Below, one piece after another: positions 45,608 through 48,649 of a stretch of 48,649 nt of DNA; position 1 is the stretch's first letter, and every line of letters starts with the position of its first letter. A model generated the notes under the pieces. It worked only from the letters and a program-made list of their open reading frames with translations, made no database searches and was not told the origin of the DNA. Location: NCBI GenBank assembly GCA_023444765.1, contig JAEXLY010000159.1:1-48649 (forward strand), written 5' to 3'. This DNA comes from Pseudomonadota bacterium (GTDB lineage Bacteria; Pseudomonadota; Gammaproteobacteria; Xanthomonadales; Xanthomonadaceae). The translations under genes were made by a program, and so were the position numbers.

Positions 45608-46642
45608 CTACAGCGTGCCGATGAAGCGTTCGATGATGTAGAAGTGGTCCTCGTAGACCTGCGACTCCATGGCCCGCAGTTCCGAGAGTGGGAACCAGCG
45701 TGCCTTGGCTGCGTCGTCGCTTCCCTTGACGGGTGGCAGGTCGCCGGCCGGGAACTCGAAGTGGAATGCGTGGGTGATCGTCCTGCCGCGCAGGGAGCGC
45801 TCGGGGTGGTCGAAGGCCTCTTTGGCACGGACCGAGCCGCGCAGCACTGGCGCCGGCAGTTTCAGTCGGGTCTCCTCGCGAAGCTCGCGCAGGACGGCAT
45901 CCAGGAGTCGCTCGTCACCCCGCACGAAGCCGCCGGGCAGCGCCCACTGGCCCTTGCCGGGGTGTGCGCCGCGCTCGACAAGCAGGACATGGCCAGAGTG
46001 GATGACGACGCCGTCCACGGTCACGAATGTCGGTGGATAGGGCGCGCCCTCCCAACCCTGTCGGTAGCGCTCGACAAAGCGACGCTCCTCAACCAAGGCG
46101 GGATAGGCTGGTGACGTCTCGCGGAATGCCGTCAGCAGATCTGCGGTCGACGGCGGGACATGGGCTCGGGTCATCGCCATGCCTTCATCCGAATCTTCCA
46201 GGAAGCGGTTGCGCAGCTCTTCCGCCCGCGGGCAGTCCACCAGCGGGACTTCCTCCCGCGGCCACTGTGGGAAGGCGCGCAGGTAGTCGACGCCCGAATT
46301 TTCCGGGCCTCCGATCAGGCCGATGCGCTGGGACGAATAGGCATCCGCGCCAAGGGCATCCCGGACTGCCGACTGCACCGCGGCAATCCAGGCATTCTCG
46401 TTGTAGAGGTGGTCGCGTAACGGGCGGACGAGGATGCGGGCCGAGTCGATCGACTGCGCCACGCTCAGCATCTGCCCGCGCTCAGGGGCGGTCCAGGGAT
46501 GCCTGCTGTTTCGGGCCCGCCCGGCGGACCCCATCAGGATGATGACGCGATCGGCACGCTCAAGCGCACGATGCAACAAACCGTAGTGGCCGTTGTGGAA
46601 CGGCGCGAACTGTCCGATCAGGACAAGGCTATCGAGACGCAT
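45608..46642 (-). CDS. Bifunctional NMN adenylyltransferase / ADP-ribose pyrophosphatase (NadM-Nudix)
   Basis: GQFAPFHNGH (HxGH) nucleotidyltransferase; WALPGGFV...RELREETRL Nudix box; GSDDAAKARW. Confidence 0.9.
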   Translation of the reverse strand: MRLDSLVLIGQFAPFHNGHYGLLHRALERADRVIILMGSAGRARNSRHPWTAPERGQMLSVAQSIDSARILVRPLRDHLYNENAWIAAVQSAVRDALGADAYSSQRIGLIGGPENSGVDYLRAFPQWPREEVPLVDCPRAEELRNRFLEDSDEGMAMTRAHVPPSTADLLTAFRETSPAYPALVEERRFVERYRQGWEGAPYPPTFVTVDGVVIHSGHVLLVERGAHPGKGQWALPGGFVRGDERLLDAVLRELREETRLKLPAPVLRGSVRAKEAFDHPERSLRGRTITHAFHFEFPAGDLPPVKGSDDAAKARWFPLSELRAMESQVYEDHFYIIERFIGTL

Positions 46643-46774
46643 GAGGCTCCCTCATGGCAGTGGCTGCGCCGGTCTTTCCGGCACAGGACAAGCGTACGCC
46701 TACTCAAAAGGGGCGACAAGAGGATATGCCGTGGCTTGGCAGTGTCGCGGAGACCAACCTCCCCGACTTCAGCC

Positions 46775-46809
46775 GAAGCGGACGTCCGCATCGGGTCGCA
46801 TCACGCCTT
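46775..46809. repeat. 28-bp site G plus overlapping extra arm upstream of recombinase
   Basis: GAAGCGGACGT (46775-46785) overlapping ACGTCCGCATC-GGGTCG-CATCACGCCTT (46782-46809). Confidence 0.7.
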
Positions 46810-46858
46810 GCTTCTGGGTGTAGGAGAAGCCTGACCAACCCTTCATCAGGAGTTGGGC

Positions 46859-47482
46859 ATGGCAATTCTTCACACATCTCAGCACCACGAGCCCTGGAAC
46901 AAGGGCAAGCTGATCGGGCAGAAGGCACCGCTCAAGCTGAAAGACATCTGGGCTATTCGCATTCGCCTTCAGCTCGGCCACAAGGTCCGTGACCTCGCCC
47001 TCTTCAACCTGGCGATCGATTCCAAGCTACGCGCCTGCGACTTGGTGAAGCTGCGGGTATCGGATGTTTCCCATAGCGGTCAAATGGCATCCCGCGCCAT
47101 CGTGATGCAGCAGAAGACCGGCCGACCCGTCCAGTTCGAGATCACCCAATCGACTCGCGAGGCCGTGCAGGCTTGGATCACCCACGCTGAGCTCAAGCAG
47201 TCGGATTTTCTATTTAGAAGCCGTATTTCGGACTCGCCCCACCTGTCGACGAGGCAGTACGCCCGCATCGTCCATCGCTGGGTAGAAGATGCTGGCCTCG
47301 AGTCGGGTTCCTACGGCACGCACACGATGCGCAGGACCAAAGCTTCGTTGATCTACCGCCGGACGCGAAACCTCAGGGCGGTTCAGCTATTGCTGGGGCA
47401 TACGAAGCTAGAGAGCACCGTGCGTTACCTAGGTATAGAGGTCGATGACGCCCTGGAGATCGCCGAGCAGACGGATGTCTGA
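46859..47482 (+). CDS. Minimal tyrosine recombinase (catalytic-domain-sized, 207 aa)
   Basis: AGGAG RBS; catalytic set SKLRACDL (R), QKTG (K), THTMRR (HxxR), LGH, VRYLG (Y). Confidence 0.95.
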   Translation: MAILHTSQHHEPWNKGKLIGQKAPLKLKDIWAIRIRLQLGHKVRDLALFNLAIDSKLRACDLVKLRVSDVSHSGQMASRAIVMQQKTGRPVQFEITQSTREAVQAWITHAELKQSDFLFRSRISDSPHLSTRQYARIVHRWVEDAGLESGSYGTHTMRRTKASLIYRRTRNLRAVQLLLGHTKLESTVRYLGIEVDDALEIAEQTDV

Positions 47483-47511
47483 AGCCATAAGGCTCGCTCC
47501 TCGACCGTAGA

Positions 47512-47539
47512 GGGTCGGGGAGCGGCCACAGGCGGACCC
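47512..47539. repeat. 28-bp site H downstream of recombinase (spacer CGGCCA), overlapping a hairpin at 47491-47527
   Basis: GGGTCGGGGAG-CGGCCA-CAGGCGGACCC. Confidence 0.55.
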
Positions 47540-47585
47540 TGCCCTGTCAGACGATACACATGAGCTACGGCGCGCCCGCGTGCGC

Positions 47586-48398
47586 TCAGCGAGGCTCAGT
47601 GGCCGCGATCGTCTCTTCAATCCAGTCGGCGTAGTTCGCCAGCCGAACGCCGTAGCTAGTCTCCCCGTACCTGCCCGGGTGGATTTCGGTGCCGATGACC
47701 ACGGCACGTTTCCATGCCGCGATACCTGCCACGTGCCATTCGTTGCCCATGGCGACCAGGATCGGGCCGCCGCTGTCTCCGCTTCCGAAAGAGGCCTCTA
47801 GCGGGAGCGCGTTCGGCGGCTGATCGAAGGTGTATCCGATCCATCGCCCTTCCGACACGCTGATCTCGTTGTAGCCATGCCGCAGATCGGTTCGGTTCGG
47901 ACCTTGCAGAGGGTGTCCGGTTGATCCTGTCCCTGTGGCACCCCGCCCCATGATCCGGGCGACCTTCCCCAATGCTGGGCCGTTGTAAATCCGCGCAGGC
48001 GTGACGTCCTGAATCGGCTCGCACAGCTGGATCAAGGCAACGTCGTCGGAAGATGCGATGAACTCAAAGAAGGCCGCCCAATCGCCCGACTTGAGCGCGG
48101 AGTCGATCATCTCCTGAGGAGGACTCTTGTAGCCTGGATGGATGATAATTTGGCGTACCGCTCGGGGGGTGCCCCCGACGACGACGACGTCCACGATGGG
48201 CTGCCAGCTGACCGCGTGGGCGGCAGTAACGACCCACTGTGGTGCAATCAAGACGCCGTGGCCCTCGCGAGGTACATCGGCCAGCGGCGGGAAATCGGAC
48301 GCCGCCATCCGATACTGCAGGTCCGGGACGTCGTCACGAATGACGACCGCGTTCGCACCGAACGATGCCAGGAGGAGGAGCACGGCAACACGTCGCAT
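47586..48398 (-). CDS. Secreted trypsin-like (S1) serine protease
   Basis: Signal peptide MRRVAVLLLLASFGANA; VTAAH, DVALI, GDSGGP triad motifs. Confidence 0.9.
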   Translation of the reverse strand: MRRVAVLLLLASFGANAVVIRDDVPDLQYRMAASDFPPLADVPREGHGVLIAPQWVVTAAHAVSWQPIVDVVVVGGTPRAVRQIIIHPGYKSPPQEMIDSALKSGDWAAFFEFIASSDDVALIQLCEPIQDVTPARIYNGPALGKVARIMGRGATGTGSTGHPLQGPNRTDLRHGYNEISVSEGRWIGYTFDQPPNALPLEASFGSGDSGGPILVAMGNEWHVAGIAAWKRAVVIGTEIHPGRYGETSYGVRLANYADWIEETIAATEPR

Positions 48399-48469
48399 TG
48401 GCAACACCCCTTCTCGAGAGTGTCCATTGTCGAGCCCTTGGATTCCGCTGGCAATCTGCCGCTCACGCG

Positions 48470-48497
48470 ATGTCTGCCTTGGGTCGAAAGCGGACAT
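48470..48497. repeat. 28-bp palindromic site I (best copy, spacer GGGTCG)
   Basis: ATGTCTGCCTT-GGGTCG-AAAGCGGACAT; palindrome extends to CG flanks. Confidence 0.85.
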
Positions 48498-48649
48498 CGG
48501 CTGATCGCTCTTGCGAGTTGATCAGCTGGCGCCAGAACCTAGTGCGGCCGCGCCGGCGCACGCAGCGGCGGTCGAGAGCATACTTTCGCGGAGCGAAGCG
48601 CCTACCTCCAAGTCGCTCGGCACGCTAGCCTTGGCGACCCGGCCGAGGC

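Noticed and set aside
48399..48497. N-terminal extension MSAFDPRQTS... of the protease in the ORF track
   Set aside because: It is a translation of palindromic site I; the signal peptide and RBS indicate a start at 48398.
48522..48649. 3' end of a minus-strand gene at the window edge
   Set aside because: An open frame ends 24 bp from site I, consistent with a next cassette, but 41 aa without motifs is insufficient to call.

Overview
High-GC gammaproteobacterial chromosome segment; gene order and proteins suggest Xanthomonadaceae/Lysobacteraceae (inference). Positions 1-19 kb are core genome. On the minus strand lie thrS (with a Thr-rich leader attenuator), infC (ATT start), rpmI, rplT, pheS, pheT, ihfA, a MerR-like regulator and tRNA-Pro(GGG). 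A maltose/starch utilisation locus follows: LacI regulator, GH13 amylase, MFS transporter, alpha-glucosidase and TonB-dependent receptor, with two shared palindromic operators. At 19186 a 48-bp 3' fragment of tRNA-Val(GAC) and a tyrosine integrase mark the left end of a genomic island that runs past the window end. The cargo is modular: UvrD helicase-nuclease-Zn-ribbon fusion; czc metal efflux; SRAP; TPR regulator with S41 peptidase; lipoprotein pair; ECF sigma/anti-sigma/dioxygenase-like/cytochrome b; NadM-Nudix/SPFH/NAD-kinase-like operon; trypsin-like protease. The most striking feature is a family of about ten 28-bp imperfect palindromes with 11-6-11 architecture (best copy ATGTCTGCCTT-GGGTCG-AAAGCGGACAT). 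They sit at the module boundaries and flank a minimal 207-aa tyrosine recombinase. This is a candidate cassette capture/shuffling system analogous to, but different in sequence from, integrons and pdif modules. All calls come from reading the sequence by eye; no searches were run.
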